64,000 nucleotides of DNA from Octopus sinensis (GCF_006345805.1 NC_043005.1:79422001-79486000); one strand, 5' to 3'. Positions 14,834-28,984 are shown, numbered from the stretch's first letter. Notes: generated by a model not told the origin, from the letters alone. Numbers and translations: made by a program.

Positions 14834-15349
14834 GTATATCTGGAGGGAATGAGAGAGAGAGAGGGAGAGAGAGAAGAGAAGAAGAGGTGGGAAGGAAGGG
14901 ATTGATCGAGAGATAGATAGATTAATGGATAGATATTCACATATATGTACGCACAAACACACACACATATATATATATATATGTAAATGTATTCATATAT
15001 ATATACACTCATATATACTTATGTATCTGTACATTCGTGTATGTGTAAGTGTGTGTGCGCGAGTGTGTAATTATTTATTAAATCGGAAGGTCTATGCATG
15101 TATTGCATAAAGTTTAATGCAGAGAATAAAACGGCATTTGTCAGTTTGAATGCGTGCTTACATGCATACTCATTGCATTTACACTCAGAAACAGATACGT
15201 AGACTTGTTTGGGTCCTATTGTGCATCTCCCACCATCTCCCTCTTTATACGTGTATGTATATATAAACGTGTGTTTGTGCATGTGTTTGTATGTATGTAT
15301 GCATATGTGTATATATATGTATGTATATGTATATATATGTATATATGTT

Positions 15350-15380
<31 letters not shown>

Positions 15381-15475
15381 TACATATATACATATATATA
15401 TGTAAATGTAATATATGCATAATATATATATGTGTATTGTGTATACATATATGCATACGTATATATATGTATATA

Positions 15476-15534
<59 letters not shown>

Positions 15535-15723
15535 GCGTACATGTATGCATCTATATATATATATGCATATGTATATGTATATATATATATATATATGCGT
15601 ACATGTATGCATCTATGTATACGTATGCAGATATATATGTATGTATGTATATATGCGTATGTATATATTTTGGCATGTAGGTATACGGATCTAAATATTT
15701 GCTTATTTGCTTGTATACATGAC

Positions 15724-15819
<96 letters not shown>

Positions 15820-16854
15820 ATGTGTGTGTGTGTATGTATGGTTGCGTTTGTGTGTGTATAGGATTCGATTTGGATACATATATGCATTAGCGTTCGTGTG
15901 CATTTGTATATATATTATATATACGTTTGCGTGTATTTGTTATATATTCGTCTATATGTTGCCATTCGTCATGATTTCCTCACTCTCGTCATCATTTCTC
16001 TATTTCTACTATTTCTTTCAATATATTCATTCTTTTGTTTTTTTTACCAATCACCCATCTCTCCTCTCTCTCCCTCTCTCTCTTTGTCACTCTCTCTATC
16101 TTTCAATCTTCCTCACTCGTTCGTTCCCCCTCCTCTCCCGCTGCCATCTACTTCATCGATACGTTGATTTCTCAGTCACACACCATGTGCTCACTCGCTG
16201 ACCAGTTTTGCACCGAATACTCTCACGGCCAGGTTATTTTTTTTTTGTTTCGTTTTTGTCATCTTTTTTCTTTTCTATTTTTATTTTTTTTTTGCTTTTG
16301 TTTTAGGCTTCGTCTTGTTTACCATTTGTCAATACCGTCTTTGATAACACCACTAAAACAGCGGTGTCGATTGTATGCCCATTGAACATGCATTAACATG
16401 CGAAAATGACGCTTGAATAGAACGACAGAAATAAACAGGAACACATACTACATACATACATACATACATACATACATACATACATACATACATACATTAC
16501 ATGCATACATACATACTAATGCATACATACATACATACATATAACATATATATAATATATATATATATATATATTATTATATATATACATTATATATATA
16601 TATATATGTTTCTCTATATTCTTCTCGCTCATTATATATATATATATATCCATATATATATATATCCATATATATATATGTATGTATATATGTATATATA
16701 TATATATATGTATATATATGTATATTAATATATATATATATGTATATATATATAAATATCAAATATATATAATATATACAGCAAGAGATAGAGACACACA
16801 CACATATATATCCACACATCCATAGATACTTACATACATACATACATGCATACA

Positions 16855-16897
<43 letters not shown>

Positions 16898-17227
16898 GCA
16901 CACACATATGTATGTATGTATACATAGAGATGTGAAAAGTAATACAAAACTGGATAGACAAAAATAAAAAAAATTATAAATAAAAAGCAAGGGAAAAATT
17001 GAAACAATGAAAACAACAATAATAATAATGATGATGATGAGAAAAAAAACAATAATAACAATAACAATGATAAAAAATAGACAAAGAGAAAATAAAGAAA
17101 TGCTAAATACACAGATTGTATTAGAATCATGAGAAGAAAAAAAAGAATTATGATTGATGAATTGTGCGTATGTATGCATTATGTATGTATGTATACTTGC
17201 ATATATAATATATATATATATAATATA

Positions 17228-17267
<40 letters not shown>

Positions 17268-17464
17268 GACATATATATTATACATAAATATATATATATA
17301 TATATATAGATTTACAATATATACATATATATAGTATAATATTATATAATACATATATATATTATATATATAACATATATATATTATATATATACATATA
17401 TATATATATATACACATATATATATATCTATACTATATATATATATACATATATACATATATAC

Positions 17465-17519
<55 letters not shown>

Positions 17520-17580
17520 ATATACGTATGTAATACATACAAGTATATACACACACATCTGTATGCATATCAGCCACAAG

Positions 17581-17626
<46 letters not shown>

Positions 17627-17760
17627 ATGTGTGTGTGTGTGTATGTATATGTGTTTATATATCTGTCATTCTATATGTGTGTATATATATGTATTTACGC
17701 ATATATATGTATTTACGCATGTATATATTTCACAAAATTTCTGTGTGTATGTAAATCATG
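14480..17760. repeat. Large compound (TA)n/(TG)n/(TACA)n microsatellite field with short unique islands
   Basis: Directly visible. Confidence 0.95.
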
Positions 17761-18079
17761 TACATAAGCATATATGCCTGTATATGTGCACGTATATATG
17801 CTTGTACATTTGTTTTTGTTTATGTTTTTTATTACTACTACAGGTTATTTTTCTTTGTTTTTCTTTATAATACACCAACGAAGCCCTCTTGACAATACTG
17901 GTTTGTAGAGTATGATGCATGAGTCTATGTAGTCATTATTATTCTCAGCCAGATCAAGGATCTCATCATAGCTTAAGGAGACCGGCTACTTGTACCATGC
18001 AAACCAGTTCCACCTGTTTCAAATGCAGCACTAATTTTGATGGTACCCGTATTGGCAAGCGACTAAACCAGCTACCCAC

Positions 18080-18240
18080 TTAAGTAGCTTGTTACTCCTC
18101 CGAGGAAAGGTTTCTGGACGTCCAGCAGAAAACTGAATAAGCAAGAACTGTCGAAGAACAGATGAGCTCGCCGTAAGCCAATGCCCGTTCATTTGACGGA
18201 AGGCAATGCGAAAGCAGCCTGATATCTCTGCCAAGAAAAC
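18080..18240 (-). pseudogene. Possible old non-LTR RT C-terminal fragment
   Basis: Minus frame QAAFALPSVK*TGIGLRRAH loosely resembles the LP..GGLGLR motif of R2/CRE/NeSL-type elements; weak. Confidence 0.25.
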
Positions 18241-19524
18241 ATTATGAGAAAATCAGAGCGAAGTAACAAAATGGTTTCCTCCGATGGGACAATTCACGCG
18301 TGATCAGGAAATATTTTGCCACGGTTTCATTAAACTGCTACGATACATAATGGCAACGACGTGTCACAATAATTACTTACAGGATTATCCATAAGAAAGC
18401 TACATCAGCTATTTCTAATTTCTTCATACTTCTCAGATTATACTTGATATTCAAACGTTACTCTGAAACGGCAGGAGTTTCTGCGTAAGTAATATACATC
18501 TTCCTTAAACCCATCATTCTATCGCAAGGATAACATCATCAAAAGCTTCCATTTACTCTGCATCAAAGTTTCTCAACCTCAGTACTCTACATTATTCTGC
18601 TACATTGTTTCCAAATTTTAGCACAAGGCCAGCTAAAATTTTAGCACTAGTGCCCCTCGCCCGAAATTGAGTGAGGAGCGCTAGTCGATTACATCGAATC
18701 TAATACTCAACGGGTGTTTATTTTATCAACCCCGAAAAAAATGAAAGGCAAAACCGAACTCAACAAATGACATTACTTCTTAATTTCGCTTCCACAGATT
18801 ATCTTCACCTTGCCATGAAAAACACATCTTCTTATCCTATTTGATGTATCTTATAACGGTGATGTTAGTGAAATGTCGGTATCTTCAACATACATGCCGA
18901 ACGCCCTTACGAGTGTATATTACTTCATGCGTTCAGTCTACGCCTCGCAAGTATATAACTGATAACCCGACATATTGAAAGCGGAAAGCAAAGCGGGAAA
19001 ATATATATGTAGTGGAAATATATAGTTAGTACAAGGTGTTGATGAGGCTGCATGTATGTTATTACAATAGTTCATAGAGATGAAGAATAAATTCAAGATC
19101 TATATATTTACGACAAGCATATTTTATTTACTGGTAGATGATGATATATAGAATCAAAATGGAGAATCTAGTTGAATGAAGTAATCTATTCAAGAAAGTT
19201 CAGAGATAGAAAATGTAAAAATAACAGCTAAGTTGCGGTTTGCAGTAATGTGGCGTAGAGAAATAGACGGATATAGCAATGACGTGAAGGGCTCTAAGTC
19301 TAATCGACTAAGTAGCGAAAAGCTGGGTTAGCAAGCTGTTTTTATTAATGGATAACTAGACATTCTAGAAACTTCCAAGAGAAACATTAAGCTTCTTGAA
19401 TAATTAAGAATCACGTTTCATGACGCAGATGCTTCGAGAAGCTTAGAAAAGGGAGGTTACGCTATAATCATTCTTGCAAGGGAAGAATTATTGTGGGCAA
19501 TAAAGAAATAAGAATCCTTAACAT

Positions 19525-19660
19525 GCAGGGCAAAATACTTAGCGGCATTTCGTATGTCTTTACATTCTGAGTTCAAATACCGCAGAGGTCGAATTTGCCT
19601 TTTGTCCTTCGGGACTGAGAAAACAAGTAGCAGCTGAGCACTGGGATCGGTATAATGAAC
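19525..19660 (+). mobile_element. SINE family A fragment
   Basis: GGCAAAATACTTAGCGGCATTTCG...TTCTGAGTTCAAATACC...TTTGCCTTTTGTCCTTCGG. Confidence 0.7.
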
Positions 19661-19795
19661 TTGGGTCTTCTTTGATGTTGGTAGCCCTCACCTTTTTATT
19701 TTCTTTCCAAAAATTTAAATCGTTATCCTTTATCGGTGAGTTGGCAGAATTGTTAAATCGCTTCGAAACAATAATTTATATCACAGATATGCCTT

Positions 19796-19828
<33 letters not shown>

Positions 19829-22183
19829 TTGTGTGTAGATGCGCCCGCTCGTGGCCCCTTTTGCGATTAAAAAACATCCATTTCGCTATCGAGAGCATCA
19901 TGATACACCCTACATGCCAAGAAAAGAACTCTTCATGGTTGATCAAAACGTAGGAAATAACCCTAACCCTCCTCCAAAACTGCTGGCCTTGCGCCAAAAA
20001 TTGAAACAAATATTCTTCCATTCGAATATTTAACTATGACGGTTGATCAAAGTATTATTGCGTTACCTAAAGATTTAGTAAAACGTATTCAGGAAATTGT
20101 CGTAAAAAAGGGAAGCAGAGAAAGACGGAATGAAACAAAGATGACGTCACATTGAAAAAGAAAATATAAAGAAAAAAACTAAAGTAATTAAACAGGAGAG
20201 CAGAAAAATTGACAGAGAAAACCGATCGAATGTGAGATAAGAAGCAAGTCGTTTATTTGCTTTAGTATGTTGTTAATGCTTCAATAAGTTTTATATCCAG
20301 GTAGTATATGTTTACGAAAGAGCGAAAGTAAACAAGAAAATTGATATTGTAAGATATCTAGGCTATAAAACTGACTTAACACAGAAGGTTATAATACTGA
20401 TTTAACTCAGAACACAGAGAAGAAAATGGGAAACAGAAAGAAAGAAGAGAATTAGTAAGTTTACAGATACTGCGGAGATATTGTATATTTATGTCGGAGT
20501 GGTATTAAAAAACGCGTCTCTTTGAATATGGAAGTGTAACATGTAAGGTTAGGGAGCTAATTTCGGGGAGAGAGGGGAAATTAGTAAGCAGTTATAGACA
20601 AGTAAAAGTAGGAGAGATGGTTAATAGTACTGCGAATCATTGAGTGATTTTTTATTCCCCACAAGGGGACAACATAGATAAGGGACAATACAATCTGATT
20701 GGGGTCAGATGGACGGATGGATATAACATAAAGGTGACATTAAAAATTCACAAATATATAAATAAATCGAATGATAGGATAGACCGGATGACATTATGGA
20801 TGGAGTGGGAAGGCGGGTTCAATTCGGACCTCATGAGTCCCGCCTAGCCACCGATATCTGAGATAATCCTGCTTAAGAAAAGAGAGTAGTTCTTTATTCT
20901 TACAAAATTATTACTCAACATTGTCACCATCATAAACGATGCATTTGCTCCACCACTGAACACCAACTTACAAACGACTTTGAAGGATTTGAGTGTTCAC
21001 AGTTGCATCTAATTATTCACCGCCATTTTCTCCTCCATTCGTCTGTCCTCAAATCTTGTACGTTATTAAAAAGGGGGGCGCAACACATGAAGGAAATATA
21101 GGTAAGTAATGTGAAGGGGCCATAACAGTTATTGAGCAAACCCAATGTCTTTTACAGACTCTGAATATTTAGGCAATACACACAAGAAAACACTGATGTC
21201 AAATAAAATTTTGCAGCCTTAAGTATAACAAGTTAAAACAATATTTAACTACTAGAGACATAGAAGACAGAGAGAGAGAGAGAGAGAGGGAGAGAGGTGG
21301 GAGAGAGAGGAGAGAATATTTAACACCAAATTTCAGAAACAGTGAATAAATTAAATGCGAATGGGTTTCAAAACGTTGAAAATGTAAGATTAAGAAAGGA
21401 ATTTTTAGAATGCAACTGTTCTGGTGGCGACATAGCGAGTCTATCTCAAAATGTGAGTCCAACAAATTGTCAACAAAATTAAGTCAAGACTATTGAAAAG
21501 GTTGCAAGACGCAACGAAAATTTTAGGAGAATAAAAATAAGAAATAAGTGGAAATTTTACCGGTTACTCTGTTAAATTATAAGGCACAAAAAGAAAACGA
21601 CTCTCCCCAGACACAACAAAATTAAGAATTCCTCACTGGAACCGAGGCTACATGATCCGAATCCTCCAGGAGATGGTTCGGCAAATGACAAACTAACGAC
21701 AGTATTCAAACTTTTTTAACACTTGCACAATTTAACCAGCAAAAGTTCAAGAGAGAGAAACACAATGATGGAAAGAAAAGGTGGGCAGAGAGACTTGTTT
21801 CTTCCTTCTGTAAAGTCCTAAAACTATACATGTGTTGTGAAAGATGTTCTGGAAGATAAGTGTATTTTCATATCCCCATGTATATTTGTATACACTTATA
21901 TAATGCGCAAATATAGGTATACAAACGTGCGCAGCGCGCATACACATAATATATTCATATTCTTGGTCAATATCGCAATTTTAGGTTTTATACTCTTCTA
22001 GCTAATATCCGAAATTTTGTCGATTTGATAGGGTATTGAAAACACACACACATACAGACTATGTATATATATATATATATATATATATACGCACACACAC
22101 ACACATATACAGACATGCGCATATGTGTATGTATGTTTGTATTTACGTATTAAATGTACATTTACATAAGTATATGCATATAC

Positions 22184-22214
<31 letters not shown>

Positions 22215-22449
22215 TGACGTGCATATGCCTTAATTTATCAATACATTCTTGGTGTACGTAAATATGCAATATAAGGATATATGTGTGTATATATCTGTAA
22301 ATATATATACATACCCATATATACATGCAAAAGCGTATATACATACATACGTATATATATAAATATGCATATATATACATATACATATATATGTATATAT
22401 ATTTATATACACGCACATACACAGACACACACACACCACACAGACACAA

Positions 22450-22481
<32 letters not shown>

Positions 22482-22929
22482 GTATATATATACGTATGTA
22501 TATGCAAAAATATATGTGTGTATGAATGCGTGTGCATGAGGTATATTTGTATTGTATATATGCCTCATATATATAGGCGTGTATGTGTGTGTGGTGGGTG
22601 GGGATGCATACGTATCTTTAATATATAATAATTCGATATTGAATCTGAAATTGTGAAATCTAAAATTGGAATATTTGATTTCGCATGTAATAAATATCGA
22701 GTATTTCCTGATATATTTTATAATATCACTTTATATAATTTAAACTAAGAAAAGAGAACCAAAGGTGTTTCTTTATCTCACTGAGATAAGAAGGTATTCC
22801 ATATAAGAACGCTATATCAACTGTTCATCTCCTGTCACGAGAATTACACTACATCCCTGTCTAAATCTTACGATAGAAAACGATTGCACATATCCTATGT
22901 CGGGTACTCGAAGAGTTTGTTTGTTCCTT

Positions 22930-23160
22930 CTCGAGCCACGCCTGGCTCATAAGGACCAGTTTCCCGGGCGTATAGATGCAGGAGGAAACAGTGAGAGAAA
23001 GTTGTGGCGATAGAGTGAGTAGAAGTTCGCCATTAACTTCTGCCGGAGCCACGTTGAGCTTAGCTGTTTCGCTCATAAACACACACATCGCCCGGTCTGA
23101 GATTCGAACCTACGATCCCTCGACCGGGTGTCCGCTGCCCTATCCATTAGGCCATGTGCC
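22930..23160 (-). mobile_element. tRNA-derived SINE family C
   Basis: Minus: GGAGGCACATGGCCTAATGGATAGGGCAGCGGAC...GGTTCGAATCTCAGACCGGGCG head with A/B boxes; colinear with 43136-43430. Confidence 0.85.
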
Positions 23161-23418
23161 TCCGTATTCCAAGAGTAAGCTACGTTATATACTTAGTTTC
23201 AAATGCTGGAACTACGGCAGCATGATCGTTAGAGGTGGGAATTCGATTACAGATATTCATTTTATTGACCCAGAAAGGATGAAAGGTAAATTCATCCTCA
23301 GTGGAATTTGATCTCAGAACGTAAAGATCGGCGTGTTAACGATTCTACCATCTCAACGTCTTTCCCTCATTAGTTTCAAAACACTGGTTGTGAGCGGTGG
23401 TGGAGGACAAACACACGT

Positions 23419-23484
<66 letters not shown>

Positions 23485-23922
23485 GTGTGTGTTCGACAGC
23501 ACTCTTTCAGTTTTCGTCTACTAAACACACTCATATTTGCTTTGGTCGGCCCAGGCCTAGGGTAGAAGACACTTGCCCAGTTGGCATGCAGTGAGACTGA
23601 ACCTGCAACCGTGTGGTTGGGAAGAAAGATTCTAAACAGTCACATCTGCAATAGGCACAAAGTTTGAAATTTGTTTGAGGTGCCTAGTCGGTCATTCTGA
23701 TGGTAGTGCTCAAATTGTACTTCTGTTCTCTAAAAGTCCGAAAGACAAATTTGATCTACATTACATTTGAACAGAGATCGTGAATCCGGAAGAATTGCTT
23801 TTAAATATTTTGTCCGGTGTACGAACGAGTCGGACAGATCTTCGCTATTAGGGTTGTGAACGTATAACACTCTTATTGTTATGTTCACAAAGAATCCTTT
23901 TCTTTCAGTATATTGAAAGACA

Positions 23923-24607
23923 AAGGCGGCGAGCTGGCAGCAGAGTTACCACGCTGGGCGAAATGCTTAGCGTTACTTCGTCCGTCTTACATTCTGAATT
24001 CAAATTCTCCCGAGGTCGACTTTACCTTTCATCCTTTCGGCGTCGATAAATTAATACCACTTACGCACTAGGGTCAATGTAATCGGCTTAACATCTTTGT
24101 CTGTCCTTGCTTGTCCCCTTTATGTTTAGCCCCTTGTGGGAAATAAAGAAATAAGAAACGTTAGCACACTGGACGAAATGCTTAGCAGTATTTCGTCTGC
24201 CGTAAGGTGGCGAGCTGGCAAAAACGTTAGCACGCCGGACGAAATGCTTTGCGGTGTTTCGTCCGCCGTTACATTCTGAGTTCAAATTCCGCCGAGGTTG
24301 ACTTTGCCTTTCATCTTTTCGGGGTCGATTAAATAAGTACCAGTTACGCACTGGAGTCGATATAATCGACTAAATCCGTTTGTCTGTCCTTGTTTGTCCC
24401 CTCCGTGTTTAGCCCCTTGTGGGTAGTAAAGAATTAGGTATTTCGTCTAACGCTAAGTTCTGAGTTAAAATTCCGCCAAGGTCGACTTTGCCTTTCATTC
24501 TTTCAGGGTCGATAAATTAAGCACCAGTCGCGTACTGGGGTCGAGCTAATCGACTAGCCCCATCCCCAAAGTTTCGGGTCTTCTGCCTAGAGTAGAAAAG
24601 AGTATAT
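23923..24607 (+). mobile_element. Head-to-tail array of SINE family A (two full, two partial units)
   Basis: Units at 23923-24153, 24154-24203, 24204-24435 and 24437-24607. Confidence 0.85.
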
Positions 24608-25062
24608 TGAACGACGATATGTACAATAAACTCAGTGTTCCACCTACGTACCCTCATGTCATTTCTTTCAGCTTTATTAATTATGTTCCACACTCTTCGT
24701 CTTTCCAATTTAGCTCACATAAAAAACCTATACAAATTACAATTCAAGATACGATCATAATTGAATATAAAAGGGTTTTAGTCAAATAGTTTTCGTCGTT
24801 CTTCGTGATTCCTATTACATCTCTTCTTTTCTTTTGTCAATATTGGGACCGTAACTACACAAATTTTTCAAGCAACGATTTATTTGTTATATGGGGCATG
24901 ACATTCACAAATACACATGCTCACACATCCTCAGGGCAATTACCTACATACACAGACTCTCCCTCACTACCTTTCTCTCTTTCTCTCACGCACACAGACA
25001 CACATAGATAGGTATATACATATGTGAATATGCATATACGTATATATAAATAAATATATATT

Positions 25063-25108
<46 letters not shown>

Positions 25109-25341
25109 GCCCTCACGCACACACACACACACATATCGTTGATATTATGTTAAACTATCGTATCTCCAGCTGCTTCAGACACCAAGATATCAAAAGTTGT
25201 CAAAGTGAGGTAGAACGGTTTTGCTATGGAATGGTGGAACCATTTTTTCGTTTTCTGAAAAAGCAGCCTTTTGGACTTACAACAGTTTTGTATAATAGCA
25301 ACGATACATACATACATACATACATACATACATGCATGCAT

Positions 25342-25381
<40 letters not shown>

Positions 25382-25402
25382 ATATCTATCTATCTATCTA
25401 TC

Positions 25403-26600
25403 TTAGAAATAGAGTAGAGGGTGAGCAAGTTAAGAAGCTAGAAGAGGCAATTAGAAGCGGCATCGCATCCGACGTTTTGGCGGCGAGGTTGGCCCTCGAC
25501 CAACACTTCAACGTGAAACACGAAGGGTGTGCTGTCAAAGCCAGGATGTGTGCTCTAAGGAATGAAGATGTTAGAGCCGCGAGAGAGGCTCGGGTGGCAG
25601 AGGCGCAACAGGGCAACAAAGCCACCATTCGGTCTCTGGTAGATGAACAGGGGTGCGAATTGCTCGAGTCGGGTAAAATGTGTGAGGCCTTTCAACAGCA
25701 TTTTGCCCGACTGTTCGGGACGAGTGGCGGGCAAGAACGCAGGGTGGACTTCAGTGCCTACCTACCCAGCCTACCACGACTCTCGACTAGAGAGGCAGGG
25801 TGCTGCGAAGGTGCCATCACGGCGGCGGAAGTGCAGAACGTGATGGCAGAATGCTCGAGGGACAAATTACCGGGTTTGGATGGTCTACACTACGAGCTTT
25901 ACAGTTGTATGCCAGACTTGTTTGGAGACGTCTTGGCAGCGGTGTACTGCAACTGGCAGCAAAACGGGAGCATTCCTGGTTTTGTGAGCCGAGGAGCCGT
26001 AACACTGCTGAAGAAAGATCTAAACAAGGGAAATGTAATAGATAACTTTAGGCCTATCACTCTGCTTATTGCAAACGTGCACCATGCCGGGCCGGACCAT
26101 CCATGACAACCTCCACCTGATGCGCTACATCATAGACAGGGTAGTTGACGAACCTGGCATGGGTGGGGCGCTGATCAATTTGGATCAATCGAAAGCTTTC
26201 GATAGAGTAGACCATCGATACTTGGGGGCTGTCCTCGGAGCGGCTGGCTTCGGTCCCGTCTTCCGCGGCTGGATAGCCGCTTTGTACAGAGGCATCCGTT
26301 CGTTAATTCGCGTAAATTGACATCTATCGAGAACTTTCGACATCGCACGTTCGGTCCGTCAGGGATGCTCCCTCTCGTCACTTCTATACGTATTGACTCT
26401 CGAGCCATTTTCCTTTTTCTTCTTTTTTTCTTTTGTTTTTCTTTTTTCCCTTTTACGATCCCTCTTGATCGAAAACCTACGCCACTTTTTTTGTTTCTTT
26501 TGTTTTTGTTTTTTGTTTTTTTCATCCCCCAAAAGAAAAGCTCTACTTTGTAATTTGTCCCATCTGTATGCAGCCCTGTGTGGCCAATAAAGAAACTTAT
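25403..26600 (+). mobile_element. Tx1/L1-clade LINE, 5'-truncated and doubly deleted, inserted in (TATC)n
   Basis: KLPGLDGLHYELY, NFRPITLL, GRTIHDNLHLMR, LDQSKAFDRVDH and SVRQG motifs; T-rich 3' UTR, AATAAA at 26586, TATC tail. Confidence 0.9.
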
Positions 26601-26699
26601 CTATATATCTATCTATCTATATAACTATATATCAATCTATATATATATAAAAACATAATAAATCTCTGAACGAGATATAAACAGTAACCGCTCGACAAC

Positions 26700-26833
26700 G
26701 TAAGGGGTATCAGCCATCTGAATGTGGCTAGCCACTGGGGGGGGGGAGTGTTTGATCGCCTGGGGCTAAAAGCATCAATAACACCCCTCCCCCCCCAGTG
26801 GCTAGCCACATTCAGATGGCTGATACCCCTTAC
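26700..26833. mobile_element. MITE-like 134-bp fold-back with perfect 45-bp arms
   Basis: 26700-26744 is the exact reverse complement of 26789-26833; TA-AGGGG...CCCCT-TA termini fit a TA TSD. Confidence 0.75.
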
Positions 26834-26999
26834 AGTTTTACCGAATATGGTCCTTTTCCATACCGAAATACTACTAGGTGAAATTTTTTGATTTTATTAA
26901 ATTAATTATCTTTCACCCTATATCTGTAATGAGTATATATATATGTGTGTGTATGTCTGTATATCTCTCACACACACACACACTTTTATTGATACGCCT

Positions 27000-27470
27000 C
27001 GCTGACCTTGCCTTTCATTTCTCTGTGTAGAACGTCATCCATCTTCAAAATCCCTTAATATCTATACCCACTACCGTCGGTTTCACCCATGGTCTCTCCT
27101 GATGGTAACCGCAATCCTCTAACGGAGTTTTTAGTCCGTCTATCTATAGTTTGTGCGGTGGAGCCAGACCGTCCCCCCGGGATTGAGTTTAGAGATGTGT
27201 CTTTTAAGCTTACTGTTTGCTATGAAATTGATTTGCTGGGAGGAGCCGCTGGCTACTTAGCGCCTGGTTATAGAATGTAGTGTGGTTATTGAAGATTTCA
27301 TCCGTGGTTGAGAGAACCGATATCCAGATAGATATGCCTTTGATTAAACTGTCGAAGGTAGATTTATGGTAATTAGAGTTTGTACTAATGTACCTGAGGT
27401 ATTGATTAGGTTTATGATAAGGAGATTATAGCGAAGACGGTAGGCGGTGTAGTATAGTAGAGGTTGTAGT
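27000..27470 (-). mobile_element. PLE relic: RT thumb fragment plus 3' end with degenerate hammerhead
   Basis: 27419-27252 translates as YHKPNQYLRYISTNSNYHKSTFDSLIKGISIWISVLSTTDEIFNNHTTFYNQALSS (PLE thumb-like); hammerhead-like fold at 27064-27108. Confidence 0.65.
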
Positions 27471-28039
27471 ATATGTATAAGCATCTGTCTTTGTGCGTGT
27501 GTGTGTGTGTGTAGTAGTAGTAGTAGTAGTAGTAGTTCTTGTTGTAGGGGCACTGGCAGATTTAACAGGAACGTTTAAGAAATTCGCTAGAGAAATGAGG
27601 CTTCACATGGGAGTGGAACATGCTTAGGAAACCTCTACATTGGCGACAACGAGGATTTTGAAAATCGTACTTGCGATGTTGAGTGTCGTGGAAGAAGTCT
27701 CCCTGAGACCCTTGGGGATAGGTTCTTGTCCGATCTTACAGAAGTAACCAGAGCAAGTGAAATCGATGTGAACTGACAATAAGAATAATCAAGGTCCGAA
27801 ATTTTTAGGGAGGGGAGCCAGTCGATTAGATCGACTCCAGTATGCAACTGGTATTTAATTTTATCGACCCCGAAAGGATGAAATGGAAAGAAGAAGAAGA
27901 AGACGACGTATAATAAATTATAGGGAAATACTACTGGTGAGAAATTGATATTTTTCTCGTTTCTTATTTCAGAGGAAATGGGAATGTTAGCCTTAAAATT
28001 AACAATGATTTCAAATTTTTGCCACGAAGGCAGCTTGGG

Positions 28040-28145
28040 AGACGGGATTAAGTCGATTACATCGACCCCAGTGCGTGGCTGGTAATTAATTTATCGATCC
28101 CGAAAGGATGAAAGGCAAAGTCAACCTCGTCGAATTTCAACTCAG
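28040..28145 (-). mobile_element. SINE family A fragment (a second piece lies at 27815-27890)
   Basis: GTCGATTACATCGACCCCAGTG...TTTATCGATCCCGAAAGGATGAAAGGCAAAGTC. Confidence 0.8.
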
Positions 28146-28159
28146 TACGGTGGGTGGAA

Positions 28160-28444
28160 CTTTGAGGCATTGTTTCTACTCCCTACACACATTTCACGAG
28201 TTGCTTCGTCGGCTCTAACAGCTCGATTAAATCCAAAAAGCAAATGGTGTAAAAAATGCTCACTTATGTCCACTTGGCATTCCATTTTAATGATCTGAAA
28301 ATACACAAAAATCAACAAAATTAAAAAGCAAAATATACTGAATTGTAGTGAAAATTTTTTAAATAACATAAAACATTTTGCCAAGGCATTTAATTTCTGC
28401 TTGCATTTTTAAATTTGAAGAAAAGGCCATGATATAGTCCTATA
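28160..28444 (-). mobile_element. Mariner 5' end with transposase N-terminus (pseudogene)
   Basis: ATG at 28285: MECQVDISEHFLHHLLFGFNRAVRADEATREMC, a mariner-type N-terminal HTH region. Confidence 0.8.
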
Positions 28445-28776
28445 CACACACACATATATATACATACACACATCCATGCAATCATGCATAAACACAAATA
28501 TATATATATTGAATTTCGGGACGATCAGTTTTTTTGCCAAGTAAACATACGCACTATATATTTGTTCTTCATTGGTTTATTATTCTTTTATTTTGTAAAA
28601 TTACTTTTTATGTTATGATTACGGTATTATATAATGATGCAAAGTTCCCATTCTTCTATTAAAAGTTACATAAGGAACAACTGTAAAAAGCTGGTAATTA
28701 TCCATCGTATGTTATTATATATTTGATAAACATACATTTACACACATATGTATATATATATTTATATATACATATG

Positions 28777-28818
<42 letters not shown>

Positions 28819-28862
28819 CGTAAATGAACATGTGCATATAGACACACACACACATATGTATG

Positions 28863-28893
<31 letters not shown>

Positions 28894-28984
28894 ATGTATA
28901 TGTTAAGAGGGCAAATTTTAGCCACATTTCTCCGCAGACTGAAAAAAGAATGAACAACCTTAATCGATTTTCGAACCTTATCAG

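Noticed and set aside
14347-17870. Many YI/CV/HT-repeat ORFs (also near 22.0-22.6, 44.3-45.1 and 58.6-59.7 kb)
   Set aside because: Dinucleotide and tetranucleotide microsatellites lacking stop codons by composition.
23923-24607. CRISPR-like repeat array
   Set aside because: Units are SINE segments with no unique spacers, the context is eukaryotic, and no cas genes are present.
25147-25402. N-terminal part of the 319-aa ORF
   Set aside because: It runs through unique and microsatellite DNA upstream of the Tx1 insertion; only the part from about 25403 is LINE-derived.
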